Shown in pieces: positions 1-10,453 of a stretch of 32,621 bases of DNA. The notes beneath the pieces were generated by a model. The model ran no database searches and was not told the origin of the DNA. It worked only from the letters and a program-made list of their open reading frames with translations. Location of the stretch: the NCBI GenBank assembly GCA_036752205.1, contig DAIOTD010000004.1:1-32621 (forward strand), written 5' to 3'. The position numbers and the translations under genes were made by a program. The first letter of the stretch is position 1. Each line of letters starts with the position of its first letter. This DNA is from Atopostipes sp. (lineage in GTDB: Bacteria > Bacillota > Bacilli > Lactobacillales > Carnobacteriaceae_A).

Positions 1-1436
1 AAAACTAAACGGTCATACTGGTCAACATACGCTTCAGCTGCATGTTCCCAACTGTTATTTTCTGACATCGCTTGTTGTATGAGTTGTCCCCATTGTTCCG
101 GATAATCATAGTAAACGGATAAAGCGGAGTCTATCACTCTACGCATGGTATCTGCATCGAAATCATAGAAACTAAAGCCCGTTCCTTCTACGGTCATAAA
201 GTTATATGGTTTAACGGTATCCGCAAGTCCCCCTGTTTCATGAACAATGGGTAACGTCCCATAACGCATAGAATTCATTTGGCTTAAGCCACATGGTTCA
301 AACGCAGATGGCATAAGGAAGGCATCCGCTCCAGCATAAATTAATTGGGCTAAGTTGATATCAAAGTCGATAATCCCTTTAAATTTATCGGGATACATTT
401 GGTTAAAATGTTCAAATCCTTCTTCATAATAAGACTTTCCAGTTCCTAATAAAACAATTTGAACGTGTCGGTGACTCATCAACTCATACATACTATCCAG
501 AATTAACTGAATCCCTTTTTGCTCATCTAATCGAGTAACGACACCAATTAAAGCAATCTCTGGATCTTCTGGTAAGCCAACTTGTTTTTGTAAAGCTGCT
601 TTGTTTTTAGCTTTACCCGACAAATCATCCATACTAAAAGTGGCTGGTATTGTTTCATCTAATTCTGGATCATAAGTATCGTAATCAATACCATTTAATA
701 ATCCCACTAATTTATGGTTAACCTTTTGCAGATCCACGTGTAGACCCATCCCAAACTGTTCTGTTTGAATTTCATTCGCATAAGTTGGGCTGACTGTCGT
801 CACTAAGTCTGAATAGAAAATGCCACCTTTTAAGTAATTCACTCTATCATAATATTTTAAGCCATGTTCGTGAAAAGCATCATAACCAATTCCAAACAAA
901 TCGGATAAAACATATTGATCATAGATACCTTGGAACATTATATTATGAATGGTTAAGACGGTTTTAATGTCTCTAAGTTTCATCTTCCATTGGTATTTAT
1001 CTTTTAGTAATACTGGAATGACAGCTGTTTGCCAGTCATTGACATGGAATACATCTGGAATATAATCCACAATTTCGAGCATTTCAATCGCTGCTAACTG
1101 GAAGAAAGCGAATCGTTCTGCTTCGTCGTCATATCCGTATAGACTATCTCTGTCAAAATATTTTAAAGCATCAATGAAATAATAAGTAACCCCATCTTTT
1201 TTTAACTGCTTTATGCCACAGTATTCTTTGCGCCAACCGACTTGAACTGTAAATTCGGCAACGTCTTCCAGTTCCTCTCTATATTTATCTGACATTTGTT
1301 GGATAAAATATGGTAGGACTACGCGAACTTCATGCCCTTTTCTTGCTAGTTCTTTTGGCAAAGCCCCTAAAACATCTCCCAAACCTCCGGACTTAAAGAA
1401 TGGTGCACATTCAGTCCCAGCAAATAATAACTTCAT
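1..1436 (-). CDS. glgA: Glycogen synthase (partial; last codons and stop lie beyond the left edge)
   Basis: Missing from the ORF track because it has no stop in the window. Manual translation from ATG at 1436 gives MKLLFAGTECAPFFKSGGLGDVLGALPKEL (KxGGL ADP-glucose motif); HVNDWQT and FEPCGLSQM are also readable, and the frame ends ...SWEHAAEAYVDQYDRLV at the edge. It starts 5 nt after the glgD stop. Confidence 0.96.
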   Translation of the reverse strand, partial: MKLLFAGTECAPFFKSGGLGDVLGALPKELARKGHEVRVVLPYFIQQMSDKYREELEDVAEFTVQVGWRKEYCGIKQLKKDGVTYYFIDALKYFDRDSLYGYDDEAERFAFFQLAAIEMLEIVDYIPDVFHVNDWQTAVIPVLLKDKYQWKMKLRDIKTVLTIHNIMFQGIYDQYVLSDLFGIGYDAFHEHGLKYYDRVNYLKGGIFYSDLVTTVSPTYANEIQTEQFGMGLHVDLQKVNHKLVGLLNGIDYDTYDPELDETIPATFSMDDLSGKAKNKAALQKQVGLPEDPEIALIGVVTRLDEQKGIQLILDSMYELMSHRHVQIVLLGTGKSYYEEGFEHFNQMYPDKFKGIIDFDINLAQLIYAGADAFLMPSAFEPCGLSQMNSMRYGTLPIVHETGGLADTVKPYNFMTVEGTGFSFYDFDADTMRRVIDSALSVYYDYPEQWGQLIQQAMSENNSWEHAAEAYVDQYDRLV

Positions 1437-1441
1437 GGACC

Positions 1442-2620
1442 TCATCCTTCCACTATTTCACCCGTTGATAATACACGAGCATCTTTTGGAACAACTAATG
1501 GATTTTCAGCCGTTCCAATTAGCTTGGCACCTTTTTCAATATAGACATTCTTATCGAGTATTGCATACTCTATTACGGCATCTTCATCAATAAAACAACT
1601 CTGTAAGATAATCGAGTTTTTAACGGATGCACGTTCACATAGCATGTTCTTTCTGGAAACTAATGAGTCTTCCACAGAACCGTAAATTTCACTATCATTC
1701 GCTAATAAAGAATGTTTTACGACAGAGTCTTTTCCATAATAAGTTGGAGCAGAGTTCTTTGACTTAGTCAGAACAGGTGACTCACGGAAGAATAATGCAT
1801 TAAAGTTATCTTCATTTAACATATCCATATTCGCTTCGAAGTAGCTGCGAATATCTTCAATCGCTTTCATATACCCTGTGTATTCGTAAGCATTGATTGA
1901 TACGTGATCTCTTTTCGTTGCTAGTCTCAAGATGTTTGAGACGGATACAGGCATATCATTTTCTTGTAAACCTCGTAAATAATCTAAAACTACTTCTTTT
2001 TTCGCTAATAAGAAGTCTAAACCAAAGGCAACAGTTTCTACATCGGCAGGTAGATTTTTAATCGGCTCAAGTCCTTTAACCGTCGCGTTAGTCTCCGACT
2101 CTAGGATGTAGGCAGAATAAGTTGTGTCTTCCTTGAGTTCATTTCGTTTTATTTTTTTATAAGCTACAGTAATATCACTTTGTTTCTGTAAGTGATAATT
2201 CGTCATTGGCTTAATTTGAATATTCGCAAGGATTCTAGACCCTGAAATGACGACATAATCGGCTTTTGAACGGGTGATATAATTCGCATGGTCTTCATAA
2301 TAAGTTGAGCTATACTTACGCCCTTCATCAAATTTAGACTTCAATTCTAATTGGGAGTGGGTAAAGACTCCACCACCAGTTGGATTGTCTAGTCCCCAAG
2401 TAATCCCAGAACGAATATGATCATACAACGAACGACCGGTTCCTGAAATAAATAACGCAGCCGAACGGACTTCTGCATTTGTCAAACTTGAAAATGGAAA
2501 GTCGATTAAGCGGTAGCGACATGCAAATGGTAAGGAAGCAATTGGACGTCTTCTTGTTAAAGGCAATAACTTATTATCATCTTCTACTAAGTTTAAAATT
2601 GCGGCATATTTAGTCTTCAT
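1442..2620 (-). CDS. glgD: Glucose-1-phosphate adenylyltransferase regulatory subunit GlgD
   Basis: [21 protein letters not shown] without the GlgC LAGG loop, plus a C-terminal beta-helix; lies between glgC and glgA. Start moved from 2647 to ATG 2620 (MKTKYAAIL), which follows GGAGGG and overlaps the glgC stop. Confidence 0.93.
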   Translation of the reverse strand: MKTKYAAILNLVEDDNKLLPLTRRRPIASLPFACRYRLIDFPFSSLTNAEVRSAALFISGTGRSLYDHIRSGITWGLDNPTGGGVFTHSQLELKSKFDEGRKYSSTYYEDHANYITRSKADYVVISGSRILANIQIKPMTNYHLQKQSDITVAYKKIKRNELKEDTTYSAYILESETNATVKGLEPIKNLPADVETVAFGLDFLLAKKEVVLDYLRGLQENDMPVSVSNILRLATKRDHVSINAYEYTGYMKAIEDIRSYFEANMDMLNEDNFNALFFRESPVLTKSKNSAPTYYGKDSVVKHSLLANDSEIYGSVEDSLVSRKNMLCERASVKNSIILQSCFIDEDAVIEYAILDKNVYIEKGAKLIGTAENPLVVPKDARVLSTGEIVEG

Positions 2621-3755
2621 CCTTATACCCTCCAACTCTTTCTTCATTACCTACAACTGCAATTTCACCGATTTCTCCTACGATTTCAGCTCCATCATAG
2701 ATTGTAGCATTCTCACCGACAATTGCTTTTTCAATATGACAGTTTTCACCTATGATAGCTCCTGGCATGATGACACTATCTTTCACAAAACTTCCTTTAC
2801 CCACTTTAACATTTGTACTTAAGATGGAATGCTCAATTTTACCGGCAACATAACATCCATCTGTTATAAGAGAATTGTTGATTTCTGCTTCTTCTGTAAA
2901 TTGCTGCGGTGTTGTGTTTGGCGATTTCGAGTAAATTCTCCATGATGCATCGCGTAAATTCATTTCATGAAGTGGGTCTAGGAATTCCATGTTTGCTTCC
3001 CATAAGCTTTCGATTGTACCTACGTCTTTCCAGTATCCTTCAAAGTTATAAGCAAAGACGGGTTCACTGTTTCTTAAGTATGTAGGAATAACATGGTGAC
3101 CAAAGTCATCGAATTCTGTACCTTTGGCTTCACTATCCATTAGATATTTCTTTAAACGTTTCCATGTAAAGACATAAATTCCCATTGAAGCTAGGTTTGA
3201 TTTTGGTTCTGCTGGTTTTTCTTCGAATTCAACTATACGGCCAGTTTCATCGGTATTCATAATCCCAAATCTTGAAGCTTCTTCCCATGGGACTTCCATT
3301 ACCGCAATTGTTAATAAGGCATCATTTTCTTTGTGTTCTTCAATCATTGCCTCATAATTCATTTTATAGATATGATCTCCAGATAGAACAACCACGTATT
3401 CTGGCTCGTTAAAATCAATGTACTCAATGTTTTGATAAATAGCATGGGCAGTACCTTTGAAAAAGTTTTCTCCGTCGATACTTGAATACGGTTGGAGAAT
3501 TGTCGCACCTCTATTGTGTCGATTTAACCCCCAACTTTCACCATTTCCAACATGATCATTTAATACAAGTGGTTTGTATTGTGTAACAACACCTACCGTA
3601 TTAATGTTTGAATTTGCACAGTTCGATAAAGCAAAATCAATAATACGATAGTTCCCACCAAACGGTACAGCTGGTTTAGCGGTCTGTTTTGTTAATTTTC
3701 CTAGTCGAGAACCTTGTCCTCCTGCTAATATCATTGCAACTGATTCTGTTTTCAT
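2610..3755 (-). CDS. glgC: Glucose-1-phosphate adenylyltransferase (ADP-glucose pyrophosphorylase)
   Basis: [42 protein letters not shown] and YWKDVGT motifs. Confidence 0.97.
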   Translation of the reverse strand: MKTESVAMILAGGQGSRLGKLTKQTAKPAVPFGGNYRIIDFALSNCANSNINTVGVVTQYKPLVLNDHVGNGESWGLNRHNRGATILQPYSSIDGENFFKGTAHAIYQNIEYIDFNEPEYVVVLSGDHIYKMNYEAMIEEHKENDALLTIAVMEVPWEEASRFGIMNTDETGRIVEFEEKPAEPKSNLASMGIYVFTWKRLKKYLMDSEAKGTEFDDFGHHVIPTYLRNSEPVFAYNFEGYWKDVGTIESLWEANMEFLDPLHEMNLRDASWRIYSKSPNTTPQQFTEEAEINNSLITDGCYVAGKIEHSILSTNVKVGKGSFVKDSVIMPGAIIGENCHIEKAIVGENATIYDGAEIVGEIGEIAVVGNEERVGGYKDED

Positions 3756-3858
3756 GTTATGCGGAAGATACCTTCCTTCACTCCTTTACTATTTTCTACT
3801 ACTTTTCTTTATCACTCTAATCTTATAGCTTTAACGAATGATTTTACAACGATAACGA

Positions 3859-5778
3859 TTACGATTTGGGTACGCCATATACTCTTTTAGGTGCAAATAC
3901 AACGACACTTAAAGACGGTAAGATGATTTCAATGGAATGATCTTGTTTATTCATTTCAATCTCTTCAGATCGAACGATTCCCTGTCCTTCAGACCAAACC
4001 CCACCCAGCTCTTCTAGCTCCGTATTCCAAACTTCTTCGTACTGTCCTTTGTATGGAACGCCAACTCGAACATTATGACGCTCGACTGGCGTGAAATTAC
4101 AGCAGACGATTAAGAAGTCACGTGCTTTTTTACCTTTACGTATAAATAATAGAACTGATTCATCTTTGTTATCAGCATCCAGAATTTCAATTCCTTCATA
4201 TGAATCATCTATTTCCCATAACGCCCGATTATCTAAGTAGAAATGATTTAAGTTTTTTACAAAATGATGGTGTTTCTTATTCTTTTCATCTTCTAAGCTG
4301 TCCCATTCTAACTGGTTATCGTATTTCCATTCTAAGAATTGACCAAATTCACTCCCCATAAAGGTTAGCTTTTTACCCGGATGAAACATTTGATAGGATT
4401 GTAACGTTCTTAACCCTGCAAATTGATTATAACGATCACCAAACATCTTATGCATTAAGGACTTTTTACCATGAACGACTTCATCATGTGAAAATGGCAA
4501 GATGAAGTTCTCATTGAACACATACATGAAAGAGAAAGTAATGAGCTCAAAATTATTTTTCCGATGGATTGGATCCATTTCAAAAAATCTTAACGTGTCA
4601 TTCATCCAACCCATATTCCATTTGTAATTGAACCCTAACCCTCCATCTGCGACTGAATGTGTTACTTTCGGCATCGATGTACTTTCTTCTGCCGCCATAA
4701 TGAGTGAAGGGTGTCGATTAAATATAATTGTATTTAACTTCTTAATAAATGCCAGACCCTTACGATTCTCGTTGGTACCATCTTCGTTTGGTGTCCAAGG
4801 TCCCTCGTCATAATCAAGGTAAAGCATGTTACTTACCGCATCGACTCTTAATCCATCTAAATGGAAATTTTCTATCCAAAAAAGTGCATTAGAAATAAGG
4901 AAGCTATGAACTTCCGTTTTTCCTAAATCAAAATTTAATACACCCCAACGATTATTATTCGCTTGATTCGGATCAGCATATTCGAATTGTGGGGTCCCAT
5001 CAAAATAAGCCATCGCGTAGTCATTTCGATTAAAGTGTCCTGGTACCCAATCCATAATGACACCTAATCCTTGATTATGTGCTTCATCTACAAAATCTTG
5101 GAACTCTTCCATCGTCCCATACTTTGATGATAACGCGTAAAATCCTGTTGTTTGGTAGCCCCAACTCATATCAAGTGGATGCTCCGATAAAGGCATAAAC
5201 TCAATATGTGTATAGCCCATTTCTTTCGCATAAGGAATGAGTTCATTTTTTAAGTCCGTTATAGTATACCAAGTACCATCATCATGTCTTTTCCAAGAAC
5301 TCAAATGTACTTCATAAATATTCATTGGTCGGTCGTAAACAGGCCATCTGTTTCTTGACGCCATCCAACTTGTGTCCGTCCAATCTTTCTTCGGGAGTTC
5401 ACGAACGATTGAAGCATCTTTCGGTCGTACCTCATATTCCAAAGCATAAGGGTCGATTTTATAGACGACACGTCCATCTGCTTGTGTGACTTTATACTTG
5501 TAACAATCACCTTCCGATACACCCGAAAGAAGTATTGTCCAAGCTCCTGTCTGACCAACTCTCGTTAATTTGTCTTCATCATTCCAGTCGTTAAAATCTC
5601 CTACTACTGCTATTTCTCTAGCATTTGGTGCCCAAACTGTAAAACGCACCCCTCCTTCCATTCGTTTATTACCAAATGTATGATAACTATCAAAATACTC
5701 TCCTTGATTAAATAAATATAAATCCTTTTCTAACTGATCAAGATTTTTATTTTCAGTACTATTGTTCATATCATCCAT
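3859..5778 (-). CDS. glgB: 1,4-alpha-glucan branching enzyme (GH13)
   Basis: FTVWAPNA, IYEVHLSSW, SWGYQ, DWVPGHF, GLRVDAV (catalytic Asp), AEES (Glu) and SHDEVVHGK. An alternative start at 5769 is possible. Confidence 0.97.
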   Translation of the reverse strand: MDDMNNSTENKNLDQLEKDLYLFNQGEYFDSYHTFGNKRMEGGVRFTVWAPNAREIAVVGDFNDWNDEDKLTRVGQTGAWTILLSGVSEGDCYKYKVTQADGRVVYKIDPYALEYEVRPKDASIVRELPKKDWTDTSWMASRNRWPVYDRPMNIYEVHLSSWKRHDDGTWYTITDLKNELIPYAKEMGYTHIEFMPLSEHPLDMSWGYQTTGFYALSSKYGTMEEFQDFVDEAHNQGLGVIMDWVPGHFNRNDYAMAYFDGTPQFEYADPNQANNNRWGVLNFDLGKTEVHSFLISNALFWIENFHLDGLRVDAVSNMLYLDYDEGPWTPNEDGTNENRKGLAFIKKLNTIIFNRHPSLIMAAEESTSMPKVTHSVADGGLGFNYKWNMGWMNDTLRFFEMDPIHRKNNFELITFSFMYVFNENFILPFSHDEVVHGKKSLMHKMFGDRYNQFAGLRTLQSYQMFHPGKKLTFMGSEFGQFLEWKYDNQLEWDSLEDEKNKKHHHFVKNLNHFYLDNRALWEIDDSYEGIEILDADNKDESVLLFIRKGKKARDFLIVCCNFTPVERHNVRVGVPYKGQYEEVWNTELEELGGVWSEGQGIVRSEEIEMNKQDHSIEIILPSLSVVVFAPKRVYGVPKS

Positions 5779-5860
5779 CCTTCATCCGAAAAATTATTTC
5801 AAATTTTACTTCTCATCCACTTCTAATATTGGTGTGTTTTTAGTGCTTTCTATTGCTTTA

Positions 5861-5889
5861 ATTGTACCGTACAGACCGTCTAATATCAA
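5861..5889 (-). promoter_or_regulatory. SigA-type promoter of the glg operon
   Basis: Minus strand TTGATA (5889-5884) - 17 bp - TACAAT (5866-5861), about 80 nt upstream of glgB. Confidence 0.7.
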
Positions 5890-5892
5890 AGA

Positions 5893-5918
5893 TTTTACAG
5901 GGTGAGTTTTTACAGGGT
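5893..5918. repeat. 11-bp perfect direct repeat TTTTACAGGGT x2 (15-bp period) just upstream of the glgB -35
   Basis: Copies at 5893-5903 and 5908-5918. Confidence 0.8.
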
Positions 5919-5941
5919 TTTATAAACATTACTCTATTAAT

Positions 5942-5959
5942 TAAGTAATCGCTTGCTTA
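5942..5959. promoter_or_regulatory. LacI-family/cre-like palindromic operator
   Basis: TAAGTAATCGCTTGCTTA, 14 of 18 positions self-complementary around a central CG; resembles the cre consensus TGWAANCGNTNWCA with mismatches at both ends. Confidence 0.5.
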
Positions 5960-6140
5960 TTATTTTATTTCGACTCATTCAAATTCATTTTAATTTCACA
6001 TAATCTTTTTAATATGCTCTAAAAATTAAGTTATAATTAGAATTAGTTCTCTTACATTTGTTGAAAATGAGTTTTATTTTTCAAAATAAAATAATAGTTC
6101 TTTAGTTATCGAACTATCCTTTTATTTTGCTTTCACTGAA

Positions 6141-6149
6141 TGCTATACT
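6141..6149 (+). promoter_or_regulatory. Extended -10 promoter element for nfeD-floA
   Basis: TGcTATACT 33 nt before the TTG start; the -35 is poor. Confidence 0.45.
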
Positions 6150-6182
6150 TAAAGTGCACAATTTCATAAAGGGGGGAACAAA

Positions 6183-6791
6183 TTGGAAACATTGTTATTA
6201 ACCATTAGCTTCATTGGAGTCGTTTTCTTGTTACTAACACCTTGGACTAAAACCAGTGCAATTATTGCGATAGCAAGTCTTATAGGCTATTTCAATGTCG
6301 TAGGAGTCGATGGTTGGACACCGATTCTTTTAATTTCTATCGGCTTTATTCTCATCATTGCTGAAGTATTTATACCTGATTTTGGATTGCTTGGTATTTT
6401 AGGCGTCCTATCAGTTGCTTGGGGGCTCTACATGACAACTGGTGATTTCGGGATTATGATTCGCGATTTAACTATTGCGATTATTTCTTCAGTTATTATT
6501 CTTATTTTATTACTTCGAAACGGCTACTCTATCTCTCATCTCAATCGATTCGTTTTAAACACAGCAAGTAAAGAACCATTTGAAATTGAAGAAAGCGAAG
6601 ACAAACCTAGATTAGCTATAGGTATGCTTGGTGAAGCACGCACACCTCTGCGTCCTTCCGGAAAAGTAAAATTCGAACAATTCCCACTGCCATTTGACGT
6701 CATTAGTAATGATGGTCATATTCAATCCGGCACTAAAGTTGTTATACAGGAAATACATGGAAACAAAATTGTCGTTAGAAACTTATCATAA
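6183..6791 (+). CDS. nfeD: NfeD-family membrane protein (short form: TM domain plus C-terminal OB fold)
   Basis: Hydrophobic N-terminal region with [15 protein letters not shown] and C-terminal [13 protein letters not shown]...I.SG..V.I.EI.G.KIVVR; TTG start after AAAGGGGGG; directly upstream of floA. Confidence 0.88.
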   Translation: METLLLTISFIGVVFLLLTPWTKTSAIIAIASLIGYFNVVGVDGWTPILLISIGFILIIAEVFIPDFGLLGILGVLSVAWGLYMTTGDFGIMIRDLTIAIISSVIILILLLRNGYSISHLNRFVLNTASKEPFEIEESEDKPRLAIGMLGEARTPLRPSGKVKFEQFPLPFDVISNDGHIQSGTKVVIQEIHGNKIVVRNLS

Positions 6792-6811
6792 AAGAAAAGA
6801 GGAATTTATTT

Positions 6812-7795
6812 ATGCCAGAAGAATTATTTAGCTCAGGATTTATTGGTTTCATCATTATTGGTATTTTACTTTTATCGATTATTAGTCTGTTTTTCCGTTT
6901 TATCCCGGTGGGACTATGGGTAACCGCTTATTTCTCAGGTGTTAAAGTGAGTTTGTTCACGCTTGTAGGGATGCGTTTACGTCGAGTAAACCCTAGTCAA
7001 ATTGTTAATCCTCAAATTAAAGCAACTAAAGCAGGGTTAAACTTAGATATTGACGAATTAGAAGCACACCATTTAGCGGGCGGAGATATCAATGATGTCA
7101 TTGACGCCTTAATTGCTTCTGAAAGAGCAAACATCGATTTACCGTTTGAACAAGCGGCTGCGATTGATCTAGCCGGGCGTAATGTGTTTGAAGCTGTCCA
7201 AGTTTCAGTTAATCCGAAAGTTATTGAAACACCAAAAGTTTCTGCTGTTGCGAAGGACGGTATCGAATTAATCGCCAAAGCGAAAGTGACTGTTCGAGCT
7301 AACATTGAACGATTAGTTGGTGGTGCGGGTGAAGATACGATTATTGCTCGTGTTGGTGAAGGGATTGTTACCACTGTTGGTTCAGCTCTTTATCATACCG
7401 ATATTTTAGAGAATCCAGACTTAATGTCACAAACCATCTTAAACAAAGGATTAGATGCTGGAACAGCTTTTGAAATCCTTTCAATTGATATTGCAGACGT
7501 AGACGTTGGCCGAAACATTGGAGCTCAATTGCAAACAGATCAAGCTGAAGCGGATAAGAAAATTGCACAAGCGAAAGCTGAAGAGCAACGTTCGATGGCT
7601 GTTGCACGTGAGCAAGAGATGCAAGCGAAAGTTACAGAGGCACAGGCAGAAGTTCCATTGGCTATTGCGAAAGCATTTAGAAGTGGAAATTTAGGTATAA
7701 TGGATTATTACAATATGAACAACGTTCAGTCTGATTCTAGAATGAGAGATTCGATTTCACGTCAGATAAATGATGAAGATGATGGAGATAACTAG
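6812..7795 (+). CDS. floA: Flotillin-like protein FloA (YqfA/SPFH family)
   Basis: N-terminal TM followed by [44 protein letters not shown] and AQAKAEEQR, characteristic of YqfA/FloA. Confidence 0.95.
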   Translation: MPEELFSSGFIGFIIIGILLLSIISLFFRFIPVGLWVTAYFSGVKVSLFTLVGMRLRRVNPSQIVNPQIKATKAGLNLDIDELEAHHLAGGDINDVIDALIASERANIDLPFEQAAAIDLAGRNVFEAVQVSVNPKVIETPKVSAVAKDGIELIAKAKVTVRANIERLVGGAGEDTIIARVGEGIVTTVGSALYHTDILENPDLMSQTILNKGLDAGTAFEILSIDIADVDVGRNIGAQLQTDQAEADKKIAQAKAEEQRSMAVAREQEMQAKVTEAQAEVPLAIAKAFRSGNLGIMDYYNMNNVQSDSRMRDSISRQINDEDDGDN

Positions 7796-7851
7796 TTTTA
7801 ATTGTTTTGAACTTCTCCATAGACTTTCTTATATGAAATGGATGTGATTGA

Positions 7852-8361
7852 ATGAATGCTAGAAATCAAAAGCAAGAAGATTTAATACGGCGGTTAGAAG
7901 AAATTAGACGACAAAGAAGCGAAATTGAAGCCAAGCAATCCCAGTCAACAGCCGAACAACCTATGCGCCGAAGTCAACAAGCTGGTACGCCAGCTAGACA
8001 AAGTCGAAATCGGAATAGACAGCAGCCTACTTCTAGTCGTAGAAATAACCCCAGTACTCAAACAAACAACCAACGTCAGAAAAATGAGCAGCCAAAACCC
8101 GTTATGATGGATGACCCGGGGCAATATTCTCAAGAAACCTATCGTATTGGTCATCATCAAGATGATCAAGCAGAGGTTAGACGTATTCGGCAAGAACAAC
8201 TTCAAGAAAAAATGCGGATGGATACAATTGAACGTAAAAAAAATAGAAACCGTAAAAATCGGTCAAATCCCTTGATAGAACAATTGTCTGACCCTAAAAA
8301 ACTGAGTCAAGCGATCATTTTAAACGAGATCATAAGCAAACCAATTGCACTTAGAAAATAA
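7852..8361 (+). CDS. Hypothetical Q/R/N-rich protein, YqfB-like third gene of the nfeD-floA operon
   Basis: Low-complexity hydrophilic body with C-terminal LSQAIILNEIISKPIALRK, resembling the C-terminus of proteins encoded after floA (recalled, not aligned). Confidence 0.65.
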   Translation: MNARNQKQEDLIRRLEEIRRQRSEIEAKQSQSTAEQPMRRSQQAGTPARQSRNRNRQQPTSSRRNNPSTQTNNQRQKNEQPKPVMMDDPGQYSQETYRIGHHQDDQAEVRRIRQEQLQEKMRMDTIERKKNRNRKNRSNPLIEQLSDPKKLSQAIILNEIISKPIALRK

Positions 8362-8373
8362 TTTCTGTACTAT
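8345..8373 (+). promoter_or_regulatory. SigA-type promoter for the GlsB-family gene
   Basis: TTGCAC (8345-8350) - 17 bp - TACTAT (8368-8373). Confidence 0.55.
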
Positions 8374-8427
8374 ATACGTATAACTAGTTAAAGCAAGACA
8401 AAAATAAGGATACGGAGGAGAGATTTT

Positions 8428-8679
8428 ATGTGGAGTTTAATCATATCATTAATCGTAGGTGGACTAATTGGTTGGGTTGCTGAGTTAATTATGAAACGCG
8501 ACGTGCCTGGTGGAATTATTGGTAACATTGTTCTAGGTTTCTTAGGTTCATGGTTAGGTGGCCTACTATTAGGTGACTTAGGTCCTACATGGGAAGGCTT
8601 TGCCATTATACCAGCTATTCTTGGTGCAGTACTTGTAGTATTCATCTTTAGCTTAATTGCTGGGAAAGCTCGCTCGTAA
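8428..8679 (+). CDS. GlsB/YeaQ/YmgE family stress-response membrane protein
   Basis: 83 aa with IVGGLIGWVA...GIIGNIVLGFLGSWLG...IIPAILGAVLVV; strong RBS GGAGGAG. Confidence 0.92.
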   Translation: MWSLIISLIVGGLIGWVAELIMKRDVPGGIIGNIVLGFLGSWLGGLLLGDLGPTWEGFAIIPAILGAVLVVFIFSLIAGKARS

Positions 8680-8702
8680 GCAAGACAATTGATTTTGAAA
8701 AT

Positions 8703-8746
8703 AAAAGCCCGACAAGAACAGCTTTCATAGTTCTTGTCGGGCTTTT
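8703..8746 (+). terminator. Intrinsic terminator after the GlsB gene (potentially bidirectional)
   Basis: Perfect 17-bp inverted repeat AAAAGCCCGACAAGAAC / GTTCTTGTCGGGCTTTT with a 10-nt loop. Confidence 0.88.
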
Positions 8747-8757
8747 GGTTTTCTAAT

Positions 8758-8784
8758 AAAAAACACTGTCACATGGACAGCGTT
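8758..8784 (-). terminator. Intrinsic terminator after the ABC1 kinase gene
   Basis: Minus strand AACGCTGTC-CATGT-GACAGTGTT-TTTT (one G-U pair). Confidence 0.65.
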
Positions 8785-8800
8785 CTATTTTTACCTGATG

Positions 8801-10411
8801 TTATAAAGTGCCTGATCGAATAATTGAAATGAGTAGCCATAATCCCATAAATCCGGCACCTAAGAAGATAACGATACTTAAGCGACTTAACCCTAGGCTG
8901 GTTACACTAACGGCTATAAGAGCAGATGCAAGGATAAGAGAGGCGATGATTATCGCAAATACTACGCGGTTCACCATCTTGTTAATGTCTACACTTTTCT
9001 TGTCCCAATCCATTATTTCTATGTTCATACGGGTTCGACCATTTGAAATCGTATCGAACAGTTTTTTCATTGATGTCGGTAAGTCAAATAAATTAGTCGC
9101 TGTTTTATAGGCATTCACACCAACATTGTCAGCCGTGAACTTCTTCAATAGTGAATAATTTTCTCGGTCTTTTAGATACATCTTAGCGACATCCATTAAG
9201 TTAACTTCGGTTTCAAACTCTGAAATAACACCTTCCACAATCCCAAGTGACTTTGCTAATAAAACAAAATCATTCGGCATTATTAATCCATGGCGATGTG
9301 CTACCCCCAACATATCTGTCATTAACCGGCCAATATCAATTTGTTTCAGGTCTTTTGCGATATACACATAGAAAAAACTTTCTAAATCATTATATAACTC
9401 GTATCGATCGACTTTTGATTTTACGATTGCAAGTTGTAGCAATAAATTCATTAATTCATCGATATCTTCTAATACAATCGCTTCTAGTATCTCGATTAAT
9501 TTATCACGATTTTCTTTCGATAATTCACCATAGAGGCCAAAATCTATAAATACGATTTTTCCCTCTTGAATAATAATATTACCTGGATGCGGATCACCAT
9601 GGAAAAAACCATCTTCGAATACTTGTTTTAAAAAGCTATAGACGAGCTTTTGAACGAGATCATCTGTATCATAACCAGCTTCTTGTAAGGTCGTTTTGTT
9701 TAAGTTCGTGATGCCTTCAATATAATCTTCTACTAATACTCTTTTTGATGAGTAGCGTACGTAAGGTTTCGGCGCATGGACGACGTCTCGATCTGCGTTA
9801 TTCATTCTGAATCGGATTAAAGCATTGACTTCGTTCCGGAAATCTAATTCTATCTTCGTCACTTTTTCAATCTCAGCTATCGCCACTTCAGCATCTACGA
9901 TAAAACTTTTAACCGTTTCAGGTGCCATCGAAATAATACGTGAGAAGAGTCGTATGTCTCGGAGTAAATTTTCTTCCATATCCGGACGCTGTACTTTCAA
10001 TACGACTTCTTCTCCATCAAATGTCGTTGCGCGATGGACCTGTGCAACCGAAGCACTAGCTAGTGGTTCTTCATCGACCCACTTAAACGATTCTTCCAAA
10101 GTCTGTTTAAAATCTTCTTCAAAAATTTCTTTGATTTGAGAGAAAGGAAATGGCGGAACTTTGTCTTGTAGCTTTGACAACTCCTGAATGTAATCTTTCG
10201 GCAATAAGTCGGGACGCGTGGATAAAATCTGTCCAAACTTAATAAAGGTTGGGCCTAACTCTTCAAAAGCAAGACGCAACTTTTGCGCATCTTGTTGTTC
10301 TTTTTTTGACCCCATCCTCGTTCGATAAATATGTCCGAAACCGTATGAAGCAAGCGTTCGGGCAATCTCTGTTAAACGGCCGCGATTGGTTTGTTTCTTT
10401 TTGTCTCCCAT
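8801..10411 (-). CDS. ABC1/AarF/UbiB atypical kinase family protein with C-terminal TM helices
   Basis: LGPTFIKFGQILSTRPDL (KxGQ), ASASVAQVH, VLKVQRP, ELDF, FFHGDPHPGN and IDFG; two C-terminal TM segments. Start set at ATG 10411 after AGGAGG. Confidence 0.93.
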   Translation of the reverse strand: MGDKKKQTNRGRLTEIARTLASYGFGHIYRTRMGSKKEQQDAQKLRLAFEELGPTFIKFGQILSTRPDLLPKDYIQELSKLQDKVPPFPFSQIKEIFEEDFKQTLEESFKWVDEEPLASASVAQVHRATTFDGEEVVLKVQRPDMEENLLRDIRLFSRIISMAPETVKSFIVDAEVAIAEIEKVTKIELDFRNEVNALIRFRMNNADRDVVHAPKPYVRYSSKRVLVEDYIEGITNLNKTTLQEAGYDTDDLVQKLVYSFLKQVFEDGFFHGDPHPGNIIIQEGKIVFIDFGLYGELSKENRDKLIEILEAIVLEDIDELMNLLLQLAIVKSKVDRYELYNDLESFFYVYIAKDLKQIDIGRLMTDMLGVAHRHGLIMPNDFVLLAKSLGIVEGVISEFETEVNLMDVAKMYLKDRENYSLLKKFTADNVGVNAYKTATNLFDLPTSMKKLFDTISNGRTRMNIEIMDWDKKSVDINKMVNRVVFAIIIASLILASALIAVSVTSLGLSRLSIVIFLGAGFMGLWLLISIIRSGTL

Positions 10412-10453
10412 GCCCACCCTCCTCTCAATCCATCCATTACCATTTCAATCACA

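Noticed and set aside
1380..1397. GlgA KSGGL instead of KTGGL
   Set aside because: Conservative variant of the KxGGL motif; no sign of inactivation.
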